Shown here: positions 20,618 through 29,206 of the stretch, in pieces | How the letters are laid out: each line of letters begins with the position of its first letter | Position numbering within the stretch: position 1 is the stretch's first letter | Assembly: GCA_963991985.1 (NCBI GenBank) | Contig: CAXDRX010000001.1 | Coordinates: 3,341-67,340 of the forward strand | Length of the DNA stretch: 64,000 nucleotides | Origin: an uncultured bacterium | GTDB taxonomy: Bacteria; Bacteroidota; Bacteroidia; NS11-12g; UBA9320 | Direction of reading: 5' to 3' | Notes under the pieces: model-generated | What the model was told of the DNA's origin: nothing | Seen by the model: the letters and a program-made list of their open reading frames with translations, nothing else | The model's database searches: none | Program-made: the position numbers and the translations under genes

Positions 20618-21478
20618 ATGAAAGCAATACAATTCAACTTATCAGCTATTCTCATTACACTTATTGTAATCAGTTGTAATGATGAAAGACCTTCGCTGGG
20701 AACAGCTCCCACGCTTGAAGACGCAACCTTTACTTACAACTACAACGATAGCAACCAAAACATAGTGGAATTCCAAGCTGGTGAAGCCAATTATCAATAT
20801 GTATGGAATTTTGGTAATGGTCGAACCTCGTCTCAAAAAATAGCCAGTAGCTTGTACCCAAACAAAGGAGATTATGAGGTATCCCTTACCGTATTTGGTC
20901 CTGGTGGTAGTGCCAATACCAAACAAATCATCAACATCCAAAACGATGATTTATCGTTATTGAGCGATTCAATCTATTTCTACCTTACAGGTGGAAGTGA
21001 AAAGACCTGGATGATTGATTCAACCAGAGACGGTCATTTTGGTGTAGGACCAAACCCCGTTGACCCCAGCCTAGGCTATACGCCTCATTGGTGGGCAGCA
21101 GGCCCCAACGACAAAAGTGGTTGCAATTTATACGACGATCGATTTACCTTCAGATTCAATGGATTTGAGTTTGACCAAGTAACCAATGGGTTTACTTATG
21201 CTCACGGTGATTTTCATGAAACCTTCCCTTCGTCACAACAGGTAAAAAATGATTATACCGTGCCATTTGCCAATCAACTTGGAGAATCGTGGACAATAGA
21301 CAAGGAGTCAGACACGACAATCAGTATTTCCGGAGATGCATTCATTGGTTTTTACACGGGTAAAGGTAAAAATACTTATAAAGTACTAAAAATTAGTAAT
21401 GATGAGTTGTATATACGACACCTTCATGAAGGAAATGAAGATTTGTCATGGTACCAATGGTTGGTTCCGGTAAAATAA
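20618..21478 (+). CDS. PKD-domain lipoprotein with Trp-rich putative beta-glucan-binding module (SGBP-like)
   Basis: VISC lipobox; PKD (YVWNFGNG...YPNKGDYEVSLTV); C-terminal GHFGVGP..WW..C..YDD..F module; sits right after susD. Confidence 0.75.
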   Translation: MKAIQFNLSAILITLIVISCNDERPSLGTAPTLEDATFTYNYNDSNQNIVEFQAGEANYQYVWNFGNGRTSSQKIASSLYPNKGDYEVSLTVFGPGGSANTKQIINIQNDDLSLLSDSIYFYLTGGSEKTWMIDSTRDGHFGVGPNPVDPSLGYTPHWWAAGPNDKSGCNLYDDRFTFRFNGFEFDQVTNGFTYAHGDFHETFPSSQQVKNDYTVPFANQLGESWTIDKESDTTISISGDAFIGFYTGKGKNTYKVLKISNDELYIRHLHEGNEDLSWYQWLVPVK

Positions 21479-21486
21479 AGAGCTTA

Positions 21487-22590
21487 GTGTATAAAAGTTT
21501 TCAGAACATCTTGCTTTGGGTGTCGGTATCCCTTCTTTTTTCTTATTGCAATGACGATGAATCTCCCTCTGGGAATGATGTTGTTTTGCCCTCAAAATTT
21601 GAAGTTGAGTTGTCCATAATAGATACTGCAGCAGGTCGCATCGAAATAGCTTGTAGTGCAGATGGAGCCAACTACTTTTCAATGTTAGTAGAAGGTACCA
21701 ATTACAGTAGCAACAAAAATTCTAAAGATGGAAAATTTGAATTTGACATTTCACCTAGTGGAATTTATGTACTATCGGCAAAAGCACATGTAACAGAAAA
21801 TCATTTTGTTGAAAAAAAATGGAACCTAAATTACGACCTAATCATTAGTCAACAAGATTTTGACATAGGATACAAATCACCCAATTCATACAATGGCTAC
21901 AACCTTATTTGGCAAGATGAATTTGAAGGAAACAGCATAGACGAAACACGTTGGAATTTTGAAACAGGATTCGCCCAAAACCAAGAATTACAATTTTATA
22001 GAAAAGAAAATGCAAGCATTCAAAATGGTTACTTAGATATTGTTGGAAATGGGAATGGAGGCAATTACACGTCAGCTCGTCTAAATACAAGCACAAAGTT
22101 TTCTTTCCAATTTGGCCGTATAGATGTAAGAGCAAAAATTCCAACTTCCAAGGGCATGTGGCCGGCCATTTGGCTTTTGGGACAAAGTTATGACCAAATT
22201 GATTGGCCGAGATGCGGTGAAATTGACATTATGGAATATTGGGGAAATCCAAATGGAGCGGTACATGGCACGATTCACTGGCACAACGAAAACAATGGCA
22301 AGCGCGGCGATACAGGAGGATACAAAATCGTGGACGACAAGGATGAATTGTCTTCGAAATTTCATGTATATTCTATCGTGTGGGACCAAAACCGCATCGT
22401 ATGGTATCTAGACAATAAACAATTTTTGGTGAGGGAAATATCCGCACAAGAAATGTCAGAATTAAGAGAAGATTTTTTTGTGATCTTAAACCTTGCCATT
22501 GGCGGCACAAACCCCGGCAATCCAGATGAAACCAGTATTTTTCCAAGCCATATGTATGTGGACTATGTAAGAGTATTTCAGAAATTATAA
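21487..22590 (+). CDS. GH16 endo-beta-1,3-glucanase-like lipoprotein (copy 1)
   Basis: LIWQDEF, YTSARL, GMWPAIW, WPRCGEIDIME catalytic motif, FHVYSIVW, VDYVRVFQ. GTG 21487 preferred because it avoids overlap with the previous gene. Confidence 0.9.
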   Translation: MYKSFQNILLWVSVSLLFSYCNDDESPSGNDVVLPSKFEVELSIIDTAAGRIEIACSADGANYFSMLVEGTNYSSNKNSKDGKFEFDISPSGIYVLSAKAHVTENHFVEKKWNLNYDLIISQQDFDIGYKSPNSYNGYNLIWQDEFEGNSIDETRWNFETGFAQNQELQFYRKENASIQNGYLDIVGNGNGGNYTSARLNTSTKFSFQFGRIDVRAKIPTSKGMWPAIWLLGQSYDQIDWPRCGEIDIMEYWGNPNGAVHGTIHWHNENNGKRGDTGGYKIVDDKDELSSKFHVYSIVWDQNRIVWYLDNKQFLVREISAQEMSELREDFFVILNLAIGGTNPGNPDETSIFPSHMYVDYVRVFQKL

Positions 22591-22601
22591 ATTTGATTTC
22601 C

Positions 22602-23756
22602 ATGCGTATTCAACTGTCAAACAATAAATACTTATTTCATTGGGCTACTGTGCTTGCTTTTTTTTCTATGTTGGCCAGCTGTAAAACAAATGGCAACCAA
22701 AGTTTTACCTTGCAAAGACCAAATAATCTCCAAACAAAATTAATTGTGGTAGATTCAATACTGGGATTGGTAAAAGTAGAAGCTTTTGCAGAAAATGCCA
22801 ACCAATACACTGTCGATGTTCACGGGCCGGATGGTTTTGTATCTAAGGCCTCAAAAAATGAAGGCCTGTTTGATTTCGAATTAATCCCAGAAGGAACTTA
22901 TCATTTTAACATCAAAGCTGTGGCCATGGAAAACGCCTTTGTAGAAGAAAATAAATCCATCACATTCGTAAAACCCGACCCTTTACTCGAGTATGACAAA
23001 GGCTACAAAAGCCCAAAATCATATGACGGATATAGACTGGTATGGGAAGATGAATTTAATCGACAGGAACTAGATGAAAAATCATGGACCTTTCAATTGG
23101 GAACTGGTCGGGAGTATGGTTTGTACGGTTGGGGGAACAATGAGTTGCAATTTTACCGCAGTGAAAACACAATACTTGAAAACGGCTATTTAAAAATCTT
23201 AGCCAAAAAAGAAGATTTTAGTGGTCAAGAATATACTTCTTCAAGGATTTATACCATTGGAAAAAAAGCTTTTCAATATGGACGATTTGATATTCGAGCC
23301 AAGTTGCCTGTTTCACAAGGCATGTGGCCTGCCATTTGGATGTTGGGTGAGAACATCAATGATATTGGATGGCCAAAATGTGGAGAAATAGATATCATGG
23401 AAATAGTCGGCAAACAACCACGACATTTATTGGGAACCTTGCATTGGCACAATGATATTGAAAACCAAAAAGTTCAATCCGGTGGAGAAATATGGCTTGG
23501 ACACGATGCGCCAGGTTTTGATGAAGAATTTCATGTATTTTCAATTGTTTGGAATAGTACAGAAATCATATGGTATCTAGACAACCAACCTTATGCAAGC
23601 ATAGACATAAGACCCAGCCATATGAGTGAATTCCATAAACCATTTCACTTTTTATTTAATGTGGCCATTGGAGGCAATTGGCCAGGAAGCCCAGATCAAA
23701 GCACAATATTCCCTAGTGAAATGGCAATCGATTACATCCGTGTTTTTCAGAAATAG
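22602..23756 (+). CDS. GH16 laminarinase-like lipoprotein (copy 2)
   Basis: LASC lipobox, GWGNNELQFY, GMWPAIW, WPKCGEIDIME, GGNWPG, IDYIRVFQ. Confidence 0.92.
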   Translation: MRIQLSNNKYLFHWATVLAFFSMLASCKTNGNQSFTLQRPNNLQTKLIVVDSILGLVKVEAFAENANQYTVDVHGPDGFVSKASKNEGLFDFELIPEGTYHFNIKAVAMENAFVEENKSITFVKPDPLLEYDKGYKSPKSYDGYRLVWEDEFNRQELDEKSWTFQLGTGREYGLYGWGNNELQFYRSENTILENGYLKILAKKEDFSGQEYTSSRIYTIGKKAFQYGRFDIRAKLPVSQGMWPAIWMLGENINDIGWPKCGEIDIMEIVGKQPRHLLGTLHWHNDIENQKVQSGGEIWLGHDAPGFDEEFHVFSIVWNSTEIIWYLDNQPYASIDIRPSHMSEFHKPFHFLFNVAIGGNWPGSPDQSTIFPSEMAIDYIRVFQK

Positions 23757-23827
23757 CTGATGTTTCTGACCTAAAAAATAAAGTTATTTTTTTTGTTTTA
23801 CTTTTGTGAAAACAAACTCCTTAAACA

Positions 23828-24496
23828 ATGAAATTTTCATTCAAAATCATCCTTATTATCTTACTTCTAGGCAATTTTCATTATTCTTTTGGTCAAGGCG
23901 CTGAATTGCCAAGAAAAAGACAATATAGACCGCTCAACCAAAAACAACAAGAGATCCGAATTGGCGCACTCAAATCCCTTTTGATACCGATGTACGAAAT
24001 CGAATACGAAAAAGATTTCACTGACAACACATCCTATGGTGGAACCTTGTTGATCAATGGCAACATTAGTTCAAGGGTTATACGTCTTAATTTGATGGCA
24101 ACACCTTATTTTAGGTTTTATTTCAACAAATCAAAGGAATACGGTATTCAAGGACTTTTTGCACAAGGATATTTGGGGTATTACAATGTAGACCGTGACA
24201 ATGGGAAGTATATTGCTGATTCTTCACAAAATCCTTACCCTTGGGCCAACTTCGTCTCCAATTGGGAATCCATTCACAACCTTGGATATGGTTTTGGTTT
24301 GGGGAAAAAGTGGACACAAAACTCTGGATTTACCCTAACAATATTTGCAGGATTTTCGAGAACTGCACGAGGTTTTGGTTCACCTGAATTGTGGCGCACC
24401 TGGGACGACATCAATGGAAACCCTCGACAACCAAAAGAATCTGACTATCGAAATGTTTTGTTCAATGCCGACATTCATTTGGGCTTCAGGTTTTAA
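23828..24496 (+). CDS. Small outer-membrane beta-barrel protein (DUF3575-like)
   Basis: Signal peptide, TPYFRFYF..GLFAQG, GFGLGKKW, terminal LGFRF beta-signal. Confidence 0.6.
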   Translation: MKFSFKIILIILLLGNFHYSFGQGAELPRKRQYRPLNQKQQEIRIGALKSLLIPMYEIEYEKDFTDNTSYGGTLLINGNISSRVIRLNLMATPYFRFYFNKSKEYGIQGLFAQGYLGYYNVDRDNGKYIADSSQNPYPWANFVSNWESIHNLGYGFGLGKKWTQNSGFTLTIFAGFSRTARGFGSPELWRTWDDINGNPRQPKESDYRNVLFNADIHLGFRF

Positions 24497-24498
24497 TT

Positions 24499-26703
24499 TT
24501 ACTGAACCACTATTTTCTTGGACCAATCGCCTACGTGTAAGATAAATTCCCCTTCTTCTACTTCTTTTTGTAAGTTTTTATTCACAAAAGCCAGTGATGA
24601 CACGGGTATATTGAATTGATATGTAACTTTTTCCCCTGCCCCTATTTCTTTTTTGTCAAAATCTCTCAATCTTTTCACCGAAGGTGCAACAGATGCCACA
24701 ACATCACTTACAAAGACCAACTCTGTTTTTAAAGCATCACAATTGCTATTATTGGTTACTTCATAGGTTATCAAAATACTGTCCTCTTTTTGGAATGTGT
24801 CTCTAGCAACATTAAAGTTCTTATAGGTAAAACTGCTATAAGACAAACCATGGCCAAATTCATATTGTGGATCAAAAGCACCAAGTCCAAAATCTACATT
24901 GAGTTGATCGGTATATTTATGGTCATAAGGCAAAAGACTCGCGCTAAATTTTGGGTACGTTATGGGAAGTAAACCGCTTGGGTTTGTTTTTCCAAAAAGG
25001 ATTTTTGCCACTGCATTTGTTCCATTTTCAGAAATCAAATAACTCATTAAAATTGCTGAGCAATAGGGTTCTATTTCTCTGATAATGATGGGTCTATTTG
25101 TACTCAATACCAAAACAATAGGCTTTTGGTATTTTGCCAATTCTTTCACCTCTTTTACCCATTCTTTAGGCGCCTCTAAAGAGTGAATATCTCCCGGTTT
25201 TTCTGTACTAGGCTTTTCTCCATAAAACAATACAATAGCATCCACGTTTTTGGCCTCTGTTGTTTTATTTAACTTTCTAGCCCGCAAATTTTGCGCTACA
25301 ACAGCCTTCCAAAAGGTATTTTTGGTGTTATCATCCCATTGGCTATCAACACCTTGCCAAGTCCTAGACCAAGCACCATTAACCATAGTAAGCTTGTCTA
25401 GGGCATTGCCCATGACCCCAATGTTGGCATTGGATGAGATGGGCAATGTATTGTTTTCATTTTTTAATAATGTAACTGCTTCTTCCGCTACCACCTCTGC
25501 CGTTTTAGAAAAGCTATCTGAAGCAACCAAAGGGTAACTTTCCTTTTGAAACCAAAGCGGATGCTCAAAAAGTCCCAGCTTTTTTTTCATTGTTAAAATC
25601 CTTCGTACCGCCTCATCAATTCTATCCATCGGTACTTCCCCTTCTTCAACCAGCTCCAAAAGCAAATCAGAGAAATGATAATCATTGGGAACCATACTCA
25701 TATCAATTCCAGAATTGATGGCAAGTTTCACTGCCTCTTTCAAATCTTTTGCTACATGATGAAAATCCACCAGCTTGATGATGTCTTCCCAATCCGTTAC
25801 AGCAACACCTTGAAAACCCAATTCATTTCTCAACAAACCTGTTAGAATTTCCTTGTCGGCATGAACAGGTATACCATTCAAATCACCAGAATTGATCATC
25901 ACACTTAGTGCACCTTCTTCAATTGCTTTTTCAAAGCTCGGTAAGAAAATTTCTCTTAGCTGAATCGGATGAATATACACCGATGTTCTGTCCTTCCCAG
26001 TGAAAGGAAAACTATAACCTAAAAAATGTTTCATGCAAGCAGAAACGTGATAATTGTCGATTTTTGTTGAATTTCCTTGATATCCTTTGATCACGGATAC
26101 ACCCATTTGAGTAGCCAAATAGCTATCCTCTCCATAAGTTTCAAAAACCCTACTCCATAGGGGTTGTCTAGCAATATCTAAAACAGGAGAGAAATTCCAA
26201 GGCACACCCATAGCTCTTGTTTCATAGGCCGTTATTTCTGCTCCTTTTTGAATCAATCTAGGATTAAAAGTAGCCGCTTGAGCTAGGGGTTGAGGGAATA
26301 AGGTCCCCTCCATCAAATAGTTGGCACCATGAATAGCATCAATGCCATAAAGCACGGGTATTTTTAATTTTGTTTTTTGAACCTCATCATGAATATTCTT
26401 CATAATTCGGTGCCAAGTACTTAACGTATGTGCATGAGAATTTCCTGCATTTAGTATAGACCCAACTCCATAGTCTCTGATGGCTTTTGCAAGTTTCAAT
26501 GAGTCTACGGCAAGTGGTTCTTGAAGATTATACAAAACTCCTTTGCAGATGAGGTCAATGTTCAATTGAGTCATTTGCCCAATCTTCTCTTTGGTGGTCA
26601 TCTGAGACATTAACAAATCAATAGTATCCGGGCTTTTGTCTGTCTTTGTACAAGAAGTAAAAACCAAACTCAGCAGCAGAGATCCAAAAAATATTTTCTT
26701 CAT
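24499..26703 (-). CDS. GH3 beta-glucosidase (lipoprotein)
   Basis: EKIGQMTQ, YGIDAIHG, WNFSPVLD, ETYGED, CMKHF, VTDWED nucleophile, FGHGLSY, FnIII tail; FTSC lipobox. Confidence 0.94.
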   Translation of the reverse strand: MKKIFFGSLLLSLVFTSCTKTDKSPDTIDLLMSQMTTKEKIGQMTQLNIDLICKGVLYNLQEPLAVDSLKLAKAIRDYGVGSILNAGNSHAHTLSTWHRIMKNIHDEVQKTKLKIPVLYGIDAIHGANYLMEGTLFPQPLAQAATFNPRLIQKGAEITAYETRAMGVPWNFSPVLDIARQPLWSRVFETYGEDSYLATQMGVSVIKGYQGNSTKIDNYHVSACMKHFLGYSFPFTGKDRTSVYIHPIQLREIFLPSFEKAIEEGALSVMINSGDLNGIPVHADKEILTGLLRNELGFQGVAVTDWEDIIKLVDFHHVAKDLKEAVKLAINSGIDMSMVPNDYHFSDLLLELVEEGEVPMDRIDEAVRRILTMKKKLGLFEHPLWFQKESYPLVASDSFSKTAEVVAEEAVTLLKNENNTLPISSNANIGVMGNALDKLTMVNGAWSRTWQGVDSQWDDNTKNTFWKAVVAQNLRARKLNKTTEAKNVDAIVLFYGEKPSTEKPGDIHSLEAPKEWVKEVKELAKYQKPIVLVLSTNRPIIIREIEPYCSAILMSYLISENGTNAVAKILFGKTNPSGLLPITYPKFSASLLPYDHKYTDQLNVDFGLGAFDPQYEFGHGLSYSSFTYKNFNVARDTFQKEDSILITYEVTNNSNCDALKTELVFVSDVVASVAPSVKRLRDFDKKEIGAGEKVTYQFNIPVSSLAFVNKNLQKEVEEGEFILHVGDWSKKIVVQ

Positions 26704-26704
26704 A

Positions 26705-28333
26705 TTAAGCAAATAAAATCCACAATAAAATTACTCCCGCAACAACCAGAGAGGAAAGCGTAAGATTCAACATGTTATTTTTCCAAATAAAGTTTCCTCT
26801 TGAATAGGTAATCTTAGTAATATCTTTCTTTTCTAAATCTTTGGCACGTGAAAAGAAAATAAGAATAGCAGAACATGTGAGAAAAAGTAAAAAAGCAAAA
26901 TGCAAGAAATTAATGCTAGCAAATTGATACAAAAAACCTGAAAGATTTTCTTTTACCAATTCCAAACCCAATCGGGCAGTTCCTATGGCAGCTCCTGTTA
27001 AAAGGGAAATTTTGGCTGCCCGGCCAGTAATTTTTTTATTGAATATCCCGATCAAAAAAACAGCAGCAATAGGTGGTGATATATAGGCCTGAATACTTTG
27101 AAGTTTTTGGAACAATCCACCTTCAATGAGGTTCATCAGAGGGATCCAAGCAAGACCCAAAACGACCAAAAAAGCGGTAGATTTTTGACCAAATCTAACC
27201 AAAGATTTATCGTCTGCCTCTGGTTTCCACTTCTTGTACAAATCCATTGTAATTAATGTTGAGCATGAATTAAAAACGGAAGAAAGAGAACTCATCAAAG
27301 CCGCCAGGAGACCTGCAATGACCAAACCTTTTAAACCCGCTGGTAGCAGTTGCATCGTTAGTGTGGGCAAGGCAGCATCGTAATTTATCGAACCATTTTC
27401 AATGGGGAATTGGATTCTTGGATTTGGCCCAGTACTTAGTACAAAAGCAATGACACCAGGAATGACAAACAAAAACAAAGGCAATAATTTCAGGAATGCA
27501 CCGAAAATGGTTCCTTTCCTACCTTCATTTATGTTTTTTGCAGAGAGGACTCTTTGCACGATGAATTGATCCGTGCACCAGTACCAAACACCCAAAATAG
27601 GAGCGCCCAATACAACGCCAGTCCAAGGGAAAGAAGTATCTCCTGAACCCCGCCACAAACTGAGATAACTTGGATCTGATTTTTCCATTAAAACATTCCA
27701 TCCTCCTAGTTCCTGTAATCCATAAATAGTAATGGCAATGGAACCACCCAATAAAACTAGCATTTGGAGGAAATCTGTATAAACCACTACTTTCAAACCA
27801 CCCAAAACGGTATAAATCCCAGTGATGAGAACGATCAGTATTGCCCCCGTCCAAAAGTCTATGCCCAATAAAGCAGTGAACACAATCCCCCCAGCAGCAA
27901 TGGTTACTGAAATTTTTGTGAGCACATAGGCAATAACCGAAACCCAAGTTAGATATGATCTTGCCCAAGCATTGTATCTTCTTTCCAAAAACTCGGGCAT
28001 GGTATAAACTCCACTACGCATATAAAAGGGAACAAATACCCAACCCAAAAGAAGCAAAATGAGAGATGCCAAAATTTCAAATTGAGCAGCAGGAAAATCT
28101 CCTTTGGCCCCAGCACCTGCAAGACCAATCAAATGTTCAGATCCTATATTTGATGCGAACAATGAAGCCCCAATGGCCCACCACGCCAAATTTTTACCAC
28201 CTAAAAAATAGTCATCCGACAAACCCTCTTTGGAGCGACTACGTTTTAAAAAAAAGAATAAGGCTATGCCAAAAACAGCAAGAAAGTAAAACGCAATAAC
28301 CCCTAGGTCTAAGTTGTTCAGTTGTTCAAACAT
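26705..28333 (-). CDS. Sodium:solute symporter (SGLT-like sugar transporter)
   Basis: YFLGG, SLFASNIGSEHLIGLAG, TMPEFLERRY, WYWCTDQFIVQRVL, AALMSSLSSVFNS. Confidence 0.92.
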   Translation of the reverse strand: MFEQLNNLDLGVIAFYFLAVFGIALFFFLKRSRSKEGLSDDYFLGGKNLAWWAIGASLFASNIGSEHLIGLAGAGAKGDFPAAQFEILASLILLLLGWVFVPFYMRSGVYTMPEFLERRYNAWARSYLTWVSVIAYVLTKISVTIAAGGIVFTALLGIDFWTGAILIVLITGIYTVLGGLKVVVYTDFLQMLVLLGGSIAITIYGLQELGGWNVLMEKSDPSYLSLWRGSGDTSFPWTGVVLGAPILGVWYWCTDQFIVQRVLSAKNINEGRKGTIFGAFLKLLPLFLFVIPGVIAFVLSTGPNPRIQFPIENGSINYDAALPTLTMQLLPAGLKGLVIAGLLAALMSSLSSVFNSCSTLITMDLYKKWKPEADDKSLVRFGQKSTAFLVVLGLAWIPLMNLIEGGLFQKLQSIQAYISPPIAAVFLIGIFNKKITGRAAKISLLTGAAIGTARLGLELVKENLSGFLYQFASINFLHFAFLLFLTCSAILIFFSRAKDLEKKDITKITYSRGNFIWKNNMLNLTLSSLVVAGVILLWILFA

Positions 28334-28335
28334 TA

Positions 28336-29079
28336 TTAAAATTCAAATTGGAATCCTCTATTTTTTTGGTTTTTGTATTTGCTTTTATTGAACGAATACA
28401 ATTTGGCTGGACGATGCGATACATTGGTTTGCCATTCTTCTAAATCATCGAGAATATTCATGGACAAAATTTTCTTCCTAAAATTTGGCTTATCGTAAAT
28501 GGTTCCAAAAATGGCTTCAAACGTTCTTTGTAGCTCTAGCAATGTAAATTTTTTAGGAAGTAATTCAAAACCAATGGATTCCCTTTTTGCCTTTTTTCTT
28601 AGTCTTTCTAAACCTTTTTCTATAATCAATCGATGATCGAAAGCCAGTTCAGGAAGTTCTTGAATGTCCCACCATTTAGTATTTCTTGCCCATGCGGCAG
28701 GCAAAGGATTGAAATTTTCTGACTTTACCAAAGAAAAGAACCCTACGGTCAAAACACGGCCCAGAGGATGACGATTTACTCCACCGAAAGTTCTAAACTG
28801 TTTAAAAAATATTTTTTTTAACCCGGTCAATTGAAATAAAATTCTTGCCGCTGCATCTTTAAGATTTTCATCTATTTTCATTAAATCACCTGGCAGGGCC
28901 CAGTAACCCTCAAATGGAGACACTCCCCTTTCGACAAGCAAAACACGAAGAGAACCTGATTGATAACCAAGAACAATACAATCTACTGAAATACCAAAAC
29001 AAAAAGATGCTGATTGAGCATTGCTGGGATGAATCGATTCTGAATAATCAAACTTTGAGCCAGATTTGTCTTCAAACAT
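28336..29079 (-). CDS. NrtR-family transcriptional regulator (degenerate Nudix sensor plus winged HTH)
   Basis: SVDCIVLG, WALPG, degenerate Nudix box (DAAARILFQLTGL), LAFDH, FTLLELQ..E...DKPNFRKK, HRPAKLY. Confidence 0.9.
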   Translation of the reverse strand: MFEDKSGSKFDYSESIHPSNAQSASFCFGISVDCIVLGYQSGSLRVLLVERGVSPFEGYWALPGDLMKIDENLKDAAARILFQLTGLKKIFFKQFRTFGGVNRHPLGRVLTVGFFSLVKSENFNPLPAAWARNTKWWDIQELPELAFDHRLIIEKGLERLRKKAKRESIGFELLPKKFTLLELQRTFEAIFGTIYDKPNFRKKILSMNILDDLEEWQTNVSHRPAKLYSFNKSKYKNQKNRGFQFEF

Positions 29080-29109
29080 TGATAAGACAAATAAACACTT
29101 TTTTTTGAT

Positions 29110-29132
29110 GTTATGGTAAAAATTACCTTATC
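29110..29132. promoter_or_regulatory. Candidate NrtR-family operator 2 (regulator-symporter-GH3 promoter)
   Basis: GTTATGGT-AAAAATT-ACCTTATC with GT-N7-AC core; upstream of the minus-strand TTTATTTG box (29095-29088). Confidence 0.7.
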
Positions 29133-29143
29133 CATATTTTTTA

Positions 29144-29166
29144 GTTATAGTATTTTTTACTTTAAC
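29144..29166. promoter_or_regulatory. Candidate NrtR-family operator 3 (promoter of the T9SS-secreted protein)
   Basis: GTTATAGT-ATTTTTT-ACTTTAAC with GT-N7-AC core; upstream of TACGTTTG (29177-29184). Confidence 0.68.
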
Positions 29167-29206
29167 AATTTTTCATTACGTTTGGATTAACTAAATATAA
29201 AAACAA

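Noticed and set aside
23778-23805. AT-rich stretch AAAGTTATTTTTTTTGTTTTACTTTT as a fourth operator
   Set aside because: No AC at the N7 distance from GT and no TTATrGT half-site.
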